Below, piece after piece: positions 45,001-53,285 of a stretch of DNA of 64,000 nt. Below the pieces are notes generated by a model. The model saw only the letters and a program-made list of their open reading frames with translations. It was not told the origin of the DNA and did not search any database. This DNA comes from an uncultured Trueperaceae bacterium (lineage in GTDB: Bacteria; Deinococcota; Deinococci; Deinococcales; Trueperaceae), in contig CAWAPF010000009.1 in assembly GCA_963783895.1 (NCBI GenBank), positions 15,128-79,127 on the forward strand, read 5' to 3'. The translations under genes and the position numbers were made by a program. Every line of letters begins with the position of its first letter. Positions within the stretch are counted from its first letter, which is position 1.

Positions 45001-45604
45001 GCTGTTCTACATCACCGGCAACTCGCTCGACGTCATCAGCATCCTGGGGGTGGTGATGCTGGTGGGTCTGGTCACCAAGAACGCCATCCTGCTCCTGGAC
45101 GTGACCATGCGGCGGGCCTCCGAAGGGGACGACCTCTACGACGCCCTGGTGGAGGCCGGGCGCGTGCGCTTCCGGCCCATCGTGATGACCACCCTCACCG
45201 TCGTGGTCATCAGCATCCCGCTCATGGTCGGCGCCTCGCAGGGAGCGGAGTTCCGCTTTCCGCTGGGTCTGGTCATCGTGGGGGGCGTGCTCAGCTCGGC
45301 GCTGCTGACCTTCTTCGTCGTGCCTGCCGCCTTCTACCAGTTCGAGCGCAAGCGCTACGAGCGACTGGGAGCGGCGGCCGTCCCGCGTGGCGGCGCGGCC
45401 CCGGACGCCTCGCCCAGCGGCGGCGGCGCGACCGGCCCGGTGGAGGGTGGGCACGAGCGCTCCCCCCGGAGCGGTGGACCCGGCCCCTCGCAGCGACGTC
45501 CGAGCGGCGCGAGCCCGAACACCGGTAGCCCGAACACCGCCACCGAACGTGGCCGCGCACGCACCGAGCCCGGGAACCCCGACGAGGCGACCGGGGGCCG
45601 CTAG
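42086..45604 (+). CDS. RND efflux transporter (AcrB/HAE1-like), operon 2, with a Gly/Pro/Ser-rich C-terminal tail
   Basis: 1172 aa intact paralogue of RND-1. Conserved motifs are [34 protein letters not shown] and [16 protein letters not shown]. Confidence 0.92.
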   Translation: MRRLVQFFVNNYVLTISVFGALVLFGAVSTLSRGIELFPPITVPVIAVTTSYSGAGPEEVSRQVAQPEEGALTTLPGISSVSSVSYEGYGIVIAQFNANADINQAAIDVSQRISQIGNQLPDGAGNPTVQKFNPNDQPILSVAVSAPGQDLMAVQNYAENTLQPAIERVNGVADVTVVGPAKEQVQVLLDPNALANFGLTPQQVANAIQASALDVPAGSLDFANSRVLLTARATPTDVAQVASIPVDPSRGLSVSDVATVRDTTAKPTSYARLNGEPVVLLQVRKLSDSNAVATANDLRAALKKLDLPSGYSTQIVGDTTTYVASSVYDTLQEMLIAALAVSLVVLMFVGRLGSVFAVVLAIPVALSGALVMFWLFNYSFNIITLLALTVAIGLVVDDAIVVAENIDRYREMGYARHEAVLKGASEVSTAVLAATMSLLAVFLPISFLPGIIGQFFAQFGITLAATVAFSYLEAMFFLTVRLALSPDPFPPSWRDLPAALRGTRNDLQWGLRFYRSVWFWLIALAAGAGLVRALGVRYLALLVLLPLLLVLLRMLLRVVLAVLGALSLNLFQVGDFLITRTREAYVAALSRLLPRSWIVLVTAALLFASLFWVFPRIGFNFQPPSDTGQLVVDARLPVGTSLARTNQVATQIEADLLADPMVTTVQTTVGSGTQVGGALPEDATLTVQLVDKGQRKRTTSELAVAVQDRLRTMFADHPEIRISVGSSDPSNAPTNAGYDLTLASTNLDALRQHSDQAVVVLQSDPQLRNVRSDVSSSSTERVFVADAAQLAGTGLTRAQVFQALRTYNVGTHAATMRKAGVEIPIQVMADPRNLVNEQTILSLPLYAPALQTTVTLGDLGHFETRLAPAVIRRTNQSYSSDVTADLAPGVTQSEAKQQAHQRLVAAGVLDAQVVQTTSGNLDLLGDLLKYGPIAFALALLLNYLAIGSQFNSFKYPLYLLLTVPLALVGAIWLFYITGNSLDVISILGVVMLVGLVTKNAILLLDVTMRRASEGDDLYDALVEAGRVRFRPIVMTTLTVVVISIPLMVGASQGAEFRFPLGLVIVGGVLSSALLTFFVVPAAFYQFERKRYERLGAAAVPRGGAAPDASPSGGGATGPVEGGHERSPRSGGPGPSQRRPSGASPNTGSPNTATERGRARTEPGNPDEATGGR

Positions 45605-45630
45605 ATGCCAGAGCGTAGGATGGGACCACC

Positions 45631-46452
45631 ATGACCGCCAGCACGCCGAACACCACCATCGCCCTGCTCACGGACTTCGGGCTGCGCGATACCTACGTGG
45701 CCATGCTCAAGGCGGTGATCCAGGGCATCGCCCCCGATGCGGCCGTCATCGACCTCACCCACCAGGTGGCGGCGCACGACGTGCGCGAAGGCGCGTTCGA
45801 CCTGTTCGTCTCGCACGCCTTCTTCCCGGCCGGTACGGTGTTCTGCTGCGTGGTCGATCCGGGCGTCGGCTCGAGCCGGCGCGCGGTGGCGCTGCGCCTG
45901 CGGCGCGGCAAGGGCCCCCCCTACCGGTTCGTCGGGCCCGACAACGGCCTGTTCACGGCCGTCCTCGACGGCGCCACGGTGGAAGCTGCCACCAGCCTCG
46001 ATGACCCCGCCTACCAGCTCGCAGCCGTGAGCAGCACCTTCCACGGCCGCGACGTCTTCGCCCCCGCCGCCGCCCACCTGGCGCGCGGCGTGGGCATCGA
46101 GGCGCTCGGCGCGGCGGTCGACCCGGACTCGCTGGTCCGGCTGCCGTGGGACCAACCCAGGCGTTCGGGCGACGGCTGGGAGGCCGACCTCATCCACCGT
46201 GACCCCTTCGGCAACCTGATCAGCAACCTTCCGAGCCAGGCGTTGCAACCCGATCTCTCGCGCTGGCGCGTGTTCCTGGATCGTTTCGAGATCGGGCCCA
46301 TCCGGCGCGCCTTCTCCGACGTGCCGGTGGGCCGCCCGCTCGCCTTCGTCGGCAGCAGCGGCCTGCTCGAGATCGCGGTGCGCGACGGCCGGGCCGCAGA
46401 CGTGCTCAGCGTGAGCAAGAGCAGCGTGGTGCGGGTGCGACCCGCCACCTGA
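45631..46452 (+). CDS. SAM hydrolase / SAM hydroxide adenosyltransferase family protein (DUF62, fluorinase/chlorinase-like)
   Basis: IALLTDFGLRDTYVAMLKAVI, VVDPGVGSSRR, FVGPDNGLFT and TFHGRDVFAPAAAHLA. Confidence 0.88.
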   Translation: MTASTPNTTIALLTDFGLRDTYVAMLKAVIQGIAPDAAVIDLTHQVAAHDVREGAFDLFVSHAFFPAGTVFCCVVDPGVGSSRRAVALRLRRGKGPPYRFVGPDNGLFTAVLDGATVEAATSLDDPAYQLAAVSSTFHGRDVFAPAAAHLARGVGIEALGAAVDPDSLVRLPWDQPRRSGDGWEADLIHRDPFGNLISNLPSQALQPDLSRWRVFLDRFEIGPIRRAFSDVPVGRPLAFVGSSGLLEIAVRDGRAADVLSVSKSSVVRVRPAT

Positions 46453-46471
46453 ACACCGCCCGGCGCACGCC

Positions 46472-47524
46472 TCAGGCCACCGTCACCTCGTCGGACAGGT
46501 AGACGTCCTGGATGAGGTGGAGCAGGGCCACGCCCTCCTCGAAGGGGCGCTGGAAGGCCTTGCGCCCGCTGATCAGGCCGCTGCCGCCACCGCGCTTGTT
46601 CACGACCGCGGTGGTGACGGCTTCTGCGAAGTCGTTCGCGCCCGAGGCACCTCCGGAGTTGATGAGTCCTACGCGGCCCATGTAGCCGTTCGCGACCTGC
46701 CAGCGGACCCATTCGATGGGGTGATCGGGCACCAGCTCGCCGTACATGCGCGGGTCGCTGCGACCGAAGCCGATGGCCGTGAAGCCGCCGTTGACCGTCG
46801 GGAGCTTCTGCTTGACGATGTCGGCCTGGATGGTCACGCCGAGGTGGTTGGCCTGGGCGGTGAGGTCGGCGGCGGTGTGGTAGTCGGTGCCGTTCTTCTT
46901 GAAGCCCTCGTTGCGCGTATAGCACCACAAGATGGTGGCCATGCCGAGCTCGTGAGCGTGTGCGAAGGCCTCGGCGATCTCGATGAGCTGCCGGTCGGAC
47001 TCGTCGCTACCGAAGTAGATGGTGGCGCCGACCGCCACGGCCCCCATGTTCCAGGCCTCCTCGACGGTCCCGAAGAGGATCTGGTCGTAGGTATTCGGGT
47101 AGGTCATGAGCTCGTTGTGGTTGAGCTTCACGATGAAGGGGATGCGGTGCGCGTAGCGCCGAGCCACCGCACCCAGCACGCCGAAGGTCGAAGCGACGGC
47201 GTTGCAGCCGCCTTCCATCGCCAGCTCCACGATCTTTCGGGGGTCGAAGTAGTCGGGGTTGGGCGCGAAGGAGGCGCCCGCGGTGTGCTCGATGCCTTGG
47301 TCCACCGGCAGGATCGAGAGGTATCCGGTTCCCCCCAGGCGGCCGTGACCGTAGAGCTGCTGCAGGCTGCGCAGCGTCTGCGGGTTGCGATCGGTGTCGA
47401 GGAACGCGCGCTCGATGAAGTCCGGCCCCGGCAACGTGAGCCGCTCCTTGGCGATCCCCGTTGCGCGGTAGTTGAGCAGCGGTTCGGCCTGGTCACCGAG
47501 GTGTTCTAGGTAGGTCTGGGCCAT
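46472..47524 (-). CDS. fbaB: Class I fructose-bisphosphate aldolase (FbaB/DhnA type)
   Basis: 350 aa beginning [19 protein letters not shown]. Contains [20 protein letters not shown] and IVKQKLP (Schiff-base Lys region). The upstream in-frame ORF extension is not protein-like. Confidence 0.88.
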   Translation of the reverse strand: MAQTYLEHLGDQAEPLLNYRATGIAKERLTLPGPDFIERAFLDTDRNPQTLRSLQQLYGHGRLGGTGYLSILPVDQGIEHTAGASFAPNPDYFDPRKIVELAMEGGCNAVASTFGVLGAVARRYAHRIPFIVKLNHNELMTYPNTYDQILFGTVEEAWNMGAVAVGATIYFGSDESDRQLIEIAEAFAHAHELGMATILWCYTRNEGFKKNGTDYHTAADLTAQANHLGVTIQADIVKQKLPTVNGGFTAIGFGRSDPRMYGELVPDHPIEWVRWQVANGYMGRVGLINSGGASGANDFAEAVTTAVVNKRGGGSGLISGRKAFQRPFEEGVALLHLIQDVYLSDEVTVA

Positions 47525-47730
47525 GCTCGGCTCCTTTCGCAGCGGCAGCGCGGTGCGCCGCCGGAGCTCGCGTTCCTCGGGTCGCGCCCGCCTCGCTCCT
47601 CGCGCGATGTGGGCCCGAGCGCCGGTCGTGCCTCCAGGGTACGAGACGAGCGCGCCTTCTGCCGTTGGCCCGCCTCCCGGGCGGCCCGGCGTCCGCGGAG
47701 GCACGAGGGCGCACCCCTTCACACAAATCA

Positions 47731-47765
47731 CCCGGCGGTCGCAAGAAACCTCATCGACCGCCGGG
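47731..47765 (-). promoter_or_regulatory. 11-bp perfect stem-loop followed by UGAUUUGUGUG on the - strand, inside the long fbaB upstream region
   Basis: The sequence is CCCGGCGGTCG-(13 nt)-CGACCGCCGGG. Confidence 0.3.
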
Positions 47766-47969
47766 ACTCGTAAGAGGGTTCGTAGGTGCCATCTCAGGCA
47801 TGCATCTACGATCGCTCTTATGGGAAGCCCATCATAGGCACCGCCGCCGCCCTTGGGAAGGGACAGATGTCCCGTCAGGGAGGGGGATCCTGGTCACGCG
47901 CAGTCACGAGTCGCCAGCCTGCAACGTAGGCTGAACGCCCCGGCCGCGAGCGCCCGGCCAGAATGGGGC

Positions 47970-48518
47970 ATGTCAGCTCCTAGCGCCACCCTCCTCCCGC
48001 TGTACGGCCTCACCACCCGCATCGCGCTCGCCCTCGGGGTGCTCGCCCTCTTCGTGATCGTCAACCTGATCCTGCAGGCGGTACTGGCCCGGGCCCTGCG
48101 CAGTCGATCGGTCCATGCAGGCCTGCGGGTGCTGGTCCGCCAGGGCCTGCGCGTGGTGCTGTGGCTGGCAGGCCTGGCCTCTGCCCTGGGCACGCTGGGG
48201 GTGAACATCTCGGCGCTGGTCGCGGGCCTCGGCCTCGGCGGCTTCGCGCTGGGCTTCGCGCTGCGCGACATCCTCGCCAACCTCGTCGCCGGCGTGCTCA
48301 TCCTGGTGTACCGGCCGTTCACGGTGGGCGAATCCATCACCGTGGCAGGCCAGAGCGGGATCGTCGCCGCCATCGACCTGCGTTACACGGAACTGTCCAA
48401 CGAAGACAAGCGTGTCCTGGTCCCCAACCAGACCATCTTCACCAGCGCGGTGGTGGTGACCCCGCCGGCGCCTCCGGCGGCGGCCCCGACGGCGGCCACG
48501 GACGCGGCTCCGACCTGA
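47970..48518 (+). CDS. Small MscS-family mechanosensitive channel
   Basis: TM helices, then GLGLGGFALGFALRDILANLVAGVLILVYRPFTVGESITV and IDLRYTEL...VLVPNQTIF. Confidence 0.8.
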   Translation: MSAPSATLLPLYGLTTRIALALGVLALFVIVNLILQAVLARALRSRSVHAGLRVLVRQGLRVVLWLAGLASALGTLGVNISALVAGLGLGGFALGFALRDILANLVAGVLILVYRPFTVGESITVAGQSGIVAAIDLRYTELSNEDKRVLVPNQTIFTSAVVVTPPAPPAAAPTAATDAAPT

Positions 48519-48635
48519 AGGCGCGTTTCTGCACCCGGCGGCGCGCCCTGGCCGCACCGTGCGCTAGCATGACCGCACCCAGCAGGAGATCGGGGAACAG
48601 CGGCCGGCTCGCCTGCCGGTCGTGGGAGGGGGAAC

Positions 48636-49028
48636 ATGGTGGAGACGACCTGGGGAACCTTTCTGTGGGCCGCCGGCGGTGGGCTGGCGGCGGAGGCACT
48701 GCGCTGGTGGCGCCTGATCCGCGCCCAGCAGCAGGGAACGACCCTCAACCTGCCGGTCTACGCCCGCAGCCCGCTCTACTGGGGGCTCACGGTGGTCATC
48801 GTGCTGGCGGGCGGCATGCTGGCGGTGGCCTACGTGGCCTCGGGGCAACGACTGGGGCCCATCCTGGCGGTCAACGTCGGTGCCAGCGCGCCGCTCATCA
48901 TCCAGGGGCTGGCGGCCAGCGCGCCGGACGGGATTCGGCCCGCCCCAACCAAGCGTCCTCTCCCCGACGGCGACGGTGCGCCTGTGGCGAGTCCGCCATC
49001 GCCTGCGAACTTCCTGCGGGGGCGATGA
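48636..49028 (+). CDS. Hypothetical membrane protein (130 aa)
   Basis: About three hydrophobic segments. I recognise no family. Confidence 0.45.
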   Translation: MVETTWGTFLWAAGGGLAAEALRWWRLIRAQQQGTTLNLPVYARSPLYWGLTVVIVLAGGMLAVAYVASGQRLGPILAVNVGASAPLIIQGLAASAPDGIRPAPTKRPLPDGDGAPVASPPSPANFLRGR

Positions 49029-49047
49029 GCGGTAGGACCTTCCGCAG

Positions 49048-49878
49048 TCACGAGCTCGGCAGCGCGAGCCAAGTCCGGAGCATGGCCCAGGCCCGTTCTA
49101 TGGCGTCGCGGTCGAAGGGCGCCAGACCCGCGGCGCACACATCGCGAAGGTCGAGGTTGCCGCCTACGTCCCCAGCGAAGGGGCTCCCGCCAACCCCGCC
49201 GAGAGTGGCATCGAGCGCGTCGGCGCCGGCCCTGTGAGCGGCCTGCGCACTGGCCAGCCCCTGCCCGCCGTCGTGCAGGTGTACACGCAGGAACGCCTCG
49301 GGCCACGCCTTCCGGGCCTGTTCGATGAGGGAACCGACGTCGTCGGTCCGGGCGGCCCCCGTGGTATCGGCTAGCCCGATGTCCCGCACGCCCATGCGGT
49401 AGAAACGCTCGCCCCAGTCGAGGGCCACCTCCGGCGCCAGGAAGCCCTCGTACGTGCAGTGCCAGACGTTGGCCAGGCCGATGCCGACATGCACACCGTC
49501 CTGCGCGGCCCGCTGCACCAGGTCCCGGTAGTCCGCCAGCGTCTGTTCTCTCGTGCGTCCGCTGTTCTTCTGGTGGTAGGTCGCCGACAGGGCCAGGACG
49601 AGTTCGACGCGATCGACGCCGGCAGCGACCGCCCGCTCGTAACCCCGCAGGTTGGCCACGAGCGCGTCGCGGGCCGTCGCTCGATCGCCCAGGCGCGCCC
49701 ACAGCGTCTCGGCATCGGCGAGCTGGGGCACCCGCTTCGGGGACACGAACGAGGTGACCTGGAGCGCCTCCACGCCGGCCACCTCGAGCGCGTCGTGAAG
49801 GGCGACCTTGCGGTCCGTTGGGAGCACCGCCCGCTGGTTCTGGAGGCCATCCCGGAGGGTCACGTCGCGGATCAGCAT
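49048..49878 (-). CDS. Hydroxymethylglutaryl-CoA lyase-like (HMGL family) protein
   Basis: DVTLRDGLQN, TSFVSPKRVPQ, a DRE_TIM barrel pattern and HLHD.GGQGLA. Confidence 0.88.
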   Translation of the reverse strand: MLIRDVTLRDGLQNQRAVLPTDRKVALHDALEVAGVEALQVTSFVSPKRVPQLADAETLWARLGDRATARDALVANLRGYERAVAAGVDRVELVLALSATYHQKNSGRTREQTLADYRDLVQRAAQDGVHVGIGLANVWHCTYEGFLAPEVALDWGERFYRMGVRDIGLADTTGAARTDDVGSLIEQARKAWPEAFLRVHLHDGGQGLASAQAAHRAGADALDATLGGVGGSPFAGDVGGNLDLRDVCAAGLAPFDRDAIERAWAMLRTWLALPSS

Positions 49879-51080
49879 GCGGCTTGCCCCAGCTCCACGA
49901 CGTGGCGCTCCGCGAGTCCGGCGATCGCCCGCTCGTCGAGCTCCAAGGCGTCACGCAGCACCTGCGCGGTGTGGGCGCCGAGGGCGGGCCCTGCCCAGCG
50001 CACACGGCCCGGAGTCGCCGTGAGGCGGGGTACCACGCCCTGCATCAACAGCCTCCCGACCTCGGTCTCGACCTCGACCACCGTGCCGCGCTCACGGAAG
50101 TGCGGGTCTTGGGCAACGTCCTGGGCAGTGTTGACGGGGCCTGCCGGAACGGCCGCGGCCTCGAGGACGGCGAGGATGTCCGCGAGGGGGCGGTCCCGGG
50201 TCCAGCCCTCGATGCGCTCATCGAGCTCGCGCTGATGCCGGCCGCGCCCCTCGTGGCCGGCGAGGCGCGGGTCGCTCGCCAGCTCCGGAACGCCCATGGC
50301 ATCGCACAGACGCTCGAAAGGGCCATCGGCGTTCGCGCCGATGACGACCCAGTGCCCGTCTTGCGTCGGATACGTGTTGGACGGAGCGACGCCGGGGAGG
50401 GTGTTGCCGGACCGATGGCGGACCACGCCCGACGTGCTGTACTCCGGCAGCACGCTCTCGAGGACCGCTACGACTGCGTCGGTCAGCCCGGTGTCGACCA
50501 CCTGCCCGAGCCCCGTGATCTCACGCTGGCGCAGTGCCGCCAAGATGCCGAAGGCGGTGTAGAGGCCGGCGAGCGTGTCGCCGATGGCCAGCCCAACCCG
50601 CACCGGCGGCCGGTCCTCCTCACCCGTCAGGAAGCGCAGCCCGCCCATCGCCTCCGCCACGCCGCCGAAGCCCGCCCGCTTGCTATAGGGTCCGGTCTGA
50701 CCGAAGCCCGAGATCCGCGCCACGACCAGCCGCGGGTTCTCGGCCAGCAGGTCGTCGGGGCCGATCCCCAGGCGCTCCAGCGTGCCGGGCCGGAAGTTCT
50801 CGACGATGACATCGCAGGTCAGCGCGAGCCGCCGCACCAGGTCGCGCCCCTCCTCCTGCTTCAAGTCCACGACCACGCTCTTCTTGTTGCGGCCGATGAC
50901 GGGCCACCACACCGGCGGGCCGTCTCCGAGGTTCACACCCCACCGCCGCATGGCATCCCCGGTACCCGGACGTTCGACCTTGATGACCTCGGCCCCGTGA
51001 TCGCCCAGGATCTGGGCGCAGTACGGTCCTGCGATGAACTGCCCCAGTTCGAGCACGCGAACGCCTTGCAGAGCCGTCAT
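49872..51080 (-). CDS. Family III CoA-transferase (CaiB/BaiF family)
   Basis: LQGVRVLELGQFIAGPYCAQILGDHGAEVIKVERPGTGD, RNKKSV..DLK and ENFRPGTLERLG. Confidence 0.9.
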   Translation of the reverse strand: MTALQGVRVLELGQFIAGPYCAQILGDHGAEVIKVERPGTGDAMRRWGVNLGDGPPVWWPVIGRNKKSVVVDLKQEEGRDLVRRLALTCDVIVENFRPGTLERLGIGPDDLLAENPRLVVARISGFGQTGPYSKRAGFGGVAEAMGGLRFLTGEEDRPPVRVGLAIGDTLAGLYTAFGILAALRQREITGLGQVVDTGLTDAVVAVLESVLPEYSTSGVVRHRSGNTLPGVAPSNTYPTQDGHWVVIGANADGPFERLCDAMGVPELASDPRLAGHEGRGRHQRELDERIEGWTRDRPLADILAVLEAAAVPAGPVNTAQDVAQDPHFRERGTVVEVETEVGRLLMQGVVPRLTATPGRVRWAGPALGAHTAQVLRDALELDERAIAGLAERHVVELGQAAC

Positions 51081-51847
51081 GGCAACGCCTCGCCCAGCAT
51101 GGTCCGGACACCGACCTGCGCCTCGAGGTTATCGAGGAGGTTCCGGCGGGTGCGCTGCAGGTGCTCCATCATCGCGGCGGCAGCCTCGTCGCCGCGACGC
51201 TCGTGCACCAACCCGACGATGCGGCGGTGCTCGTCGTCGGCTCGCGCGACGGTACGCGCGGACGCCAACTCCAGGTAGCGCGCACGCGTCACGCGCGGGA
51301 ACAGGCCCGCCAGGGCATCGGCTACGAAGCGGTTGCCGGACGCACGGGCAAGGCCCAGATGCAGGCGCGCCGTGAGGTCCAGCCGCTCCTCCGGCGTCCG
51401 GTCCTGGTCGAGGCCCTGCAGGGCCACGTCGACGTCCCGGAGGTCGGCGCTCGACGCCGACGACGCCGCCCAGCGGACGGCCGCCGTCTCGAGCAGGATC
51501 CGGAAGGCGAACAGCTCGTCGAGCTCGGCGACGTCGACGGGGGCGACTCGATAACTCCGGCCCTCCCGGCGCACCAGGCCCTCGCGCGCGAGCCGCGACA
51601 GAGCCTCCCGCACCGGGCTACGGGACACCGCCAGTAGCCGCTCCAGCCGGCGTTCCGGCAGACTCTCCCCGGGCCGTAAGGCGAAGGACAGGATGAGGCG
51701 CCGCAGCTCGACCGCGGCGTGTTCGGCTAGCGGGATGGAAGAAATCTCGTGGGCGCGCTCGAGTGAGGGTTCGCTGCGCTCCGCGTGAGGCGCTCGCGAA
51801 GCTTCGCGCGGAGGCGTTCGGCGATCTGGCATGGGCCAACGTATCAC
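51077..51847 (-). CDS. GntR family transcriptional regulator with an FCD domain (FadR subfamily)
   Basis: LILSFALRPGESLPERRLERLLAVSRSPVREALSRLAREGLV is followed by an all-helical FCD domain. The tracked start is GTG 51847; ATG 51832 is an alternative. Confidence 0.85.
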   Translation of the reverse strand: MIRWPMPDRRTPPREASRAPHAERSEPSLERAHEISSIPLAEHAAVELRRLILSFALRPGESLPERRLERLLAVSRSPVREALSRLAREGLVRREGRSYRVAPVDVAELDELFAFRILLETAAVRWAASSASSADLRDVDVALQGLDQDRTPEERLDLTARLHLGLARASGNRFVADALAGLFPRVTRARYLELASARTVARADDEHRRIVGLVHERRGDEAAAAMMEHLQRTRRNLLDNLEAQVGVRTMLGEALP

Positions 51848-51850
51848 ACC

Positions 51851-51871
51851 GGTATACCGCTTTGGTATACC
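51851..51871. promoter_or_regulatory. Two palindromic GGTATACC sites 13 bp apart, candidate GntR operators
   Basis: Sites at 51851-51858 and 51864-51871, directly upstream of the GntR/CoA-transferase/lyase operon. They overlap a TGtGATACG -10-like element. Confidence 0.45.
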
Positions 51872-51912
51872 GTTCCGGTCGACCCGTACAGGCGGCGTCT
51901 GGCACGGACGCC

Positions 51913-51983
51913 GAGAGAACGCTCCCCGCCCCCAAGCGGAGGGCGGGGAGCGAAGGTCACGGGCCGGCGCTCGCCGGCCCGTG
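51913..51983 (-). terminator. Tandem GC-rich hairpins downstream of the substrate-binding protein gene
   Basis: CACGGGCCGGC-gagc-GCCGGCCCGTG (51958-51983) is followed by GCTCCCCGCCC-N9-GGGCGGGGAGC (51921-51951) and then GUUCUCUC. Confidence 0.5.
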
Positions 51984-51994
51984 GCCCGTGCCGG

Positions 51995-53215
51995 TTACTT
52001 CAGGAAGGGCTCGAGATCCTTGGCGCCGATGTCCAGCAGCACCTTGGCGTTGCCCTGGGTATCGACCTTGACCGCCTCGAATCCGGCGGCCACGTTGCCG
52101 AACTGGTTGAAGTCGACCGGGCCACTCGCTCCCTCGTAGTTGATGTCCTTGCCAGCCGACAGCAGCGCCGAGCAATCGGCGAAGGTGGTGCACGCCGTGC
52201 CGGGGGCGCTCGCCACGTCGTGCATGGCCTGGAACACGGCGCTCCCCGAGGTCGTGCCCGCCTTCTGCCAGGCCAGCGCCATCACGTTCATGGCGTCGTA
52301 GCCGTAGTTCGCGAGCTCCACCGGGTTGCCGCCGTACTTGTTCTTGTAGGCGTCGTTGAAGGCACCGGCGCCGCTGCCACCCGTCGAGCTGCCCTCGATC
52401 GAGGCGATCATGGCATCGGCCGTCTGCGCACCCACGGCCTTGATGAAGTCGGCCGAGGCCGTCACGTCGGTGCCGACGTAGGGGACGGTCGAGCCTTCGA
52501 GCTGGGTGACCTCCTTGAAGAAGGTGCCGCCGGTACCCGGGTCGAGCTGGAAGAAGATCACGTCGGGATGCGCAGCGTAGATCTTGAGGATCTCGCTGCG
52601 GTACGAGCTCTGGTTAGGCGAGATGCCGATGTCGGCGACGATGGTGCCGCCCTCCTTCTTGAAGGTGTCGACGACCGGGGCCTTGAGGGTCTGGGCGGAG
52701 GCGTTCGTGCCGAACACCACCGCCGCCTTGGTGTAGCCCTTGGTCTTCGCGTAGTAGGCCATGGCCACGCCCATGAGCGAGTCCGAAGGCGTCGTGCGGA
52801 AAAGATTCGGGAGCGGGTTGTTGTCGAGGGCGGTGGTCCCGCCCACCATCACGTCCAGGATGTCGAGGTTCTTGATGAACGGCAGGGCCGCCTGGATCGT
52901 CACCGAGGAGGGCCCGATGATGCCGTTCACGTGATTGACGTTCACCACCTTCTGCAAAGCCGGCACCGCATCGATGGCGTCACCGGTGGTGTCCCCCGTG
53001 GACGCCTCGATGGTCTTGCCCATGACGCCGCCGGCCTTGTTGATGAGGTCGGTCGCGAGCTGGACGCCCTTCATGGTGTCGGGCCCGATGAACGACTCGA
53101 AGCCGCTGAACGGCCCGACCACGGCCACCTTGAGGCTTCCCTGTGCGAATGCGGCCGGCAGCACGGCTGCCACCGCGACGAGGATCACCAGCACGCCTGT
53201 ACGGATACGCTTCAT
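51995..53215 (-). CDS. ABC transporter substrate-binding protein, LivJ/Peripla_BP_6 type
   Basis: Signal peptide MKRIRTGVLVILVAVAAVLPAAFAQG. Then LKVAVVGPFSG...GVQLA...IN.AGGV.GK. Confidence 0.9.
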   Translation of the reverse strand: MKRIRTGVLVILVAVAAVLPAAFAQGSLKVAVVGPFSGFESFIGPDTMKGVQLATDLINKAGGVMGKTIEASTGDTTGDAIDAVPALQKVVNVNHVNGIIGPSSVTIQAALPFIKNLDILDVMVGGTTALDNNPLPNLFRTTPSDSLMGVAMAYYAKTKGYTKAAVVFGTNASAQTLKAPVVDTFKKEGGTIVADIGISPNQSSYRSEILKIYAAHPDVIFFQLDPGTGGTFFKEVTQLEGSTVPYVGTDVTASADFIKAVGAQTADAMIASIEGSSTGGSGAGAFNDAYKNKYGGNPVELANYGYDAMNVMALAWQKAGTTSGSAVFQAMHDVASAPGTACTTFADCSALLSAGKDINYEGASGPVDFNQFGNVAAGFEAVKVDTQGNAKVLLDIGAKDLEPFLK

Positions 53216-53285
53216 GAGCTCCCCTTCCGAACGTCCCCTGGGAACCGGTCCCAGTTGGTACTTGTGCGATTCGGCTTCGGCCATC

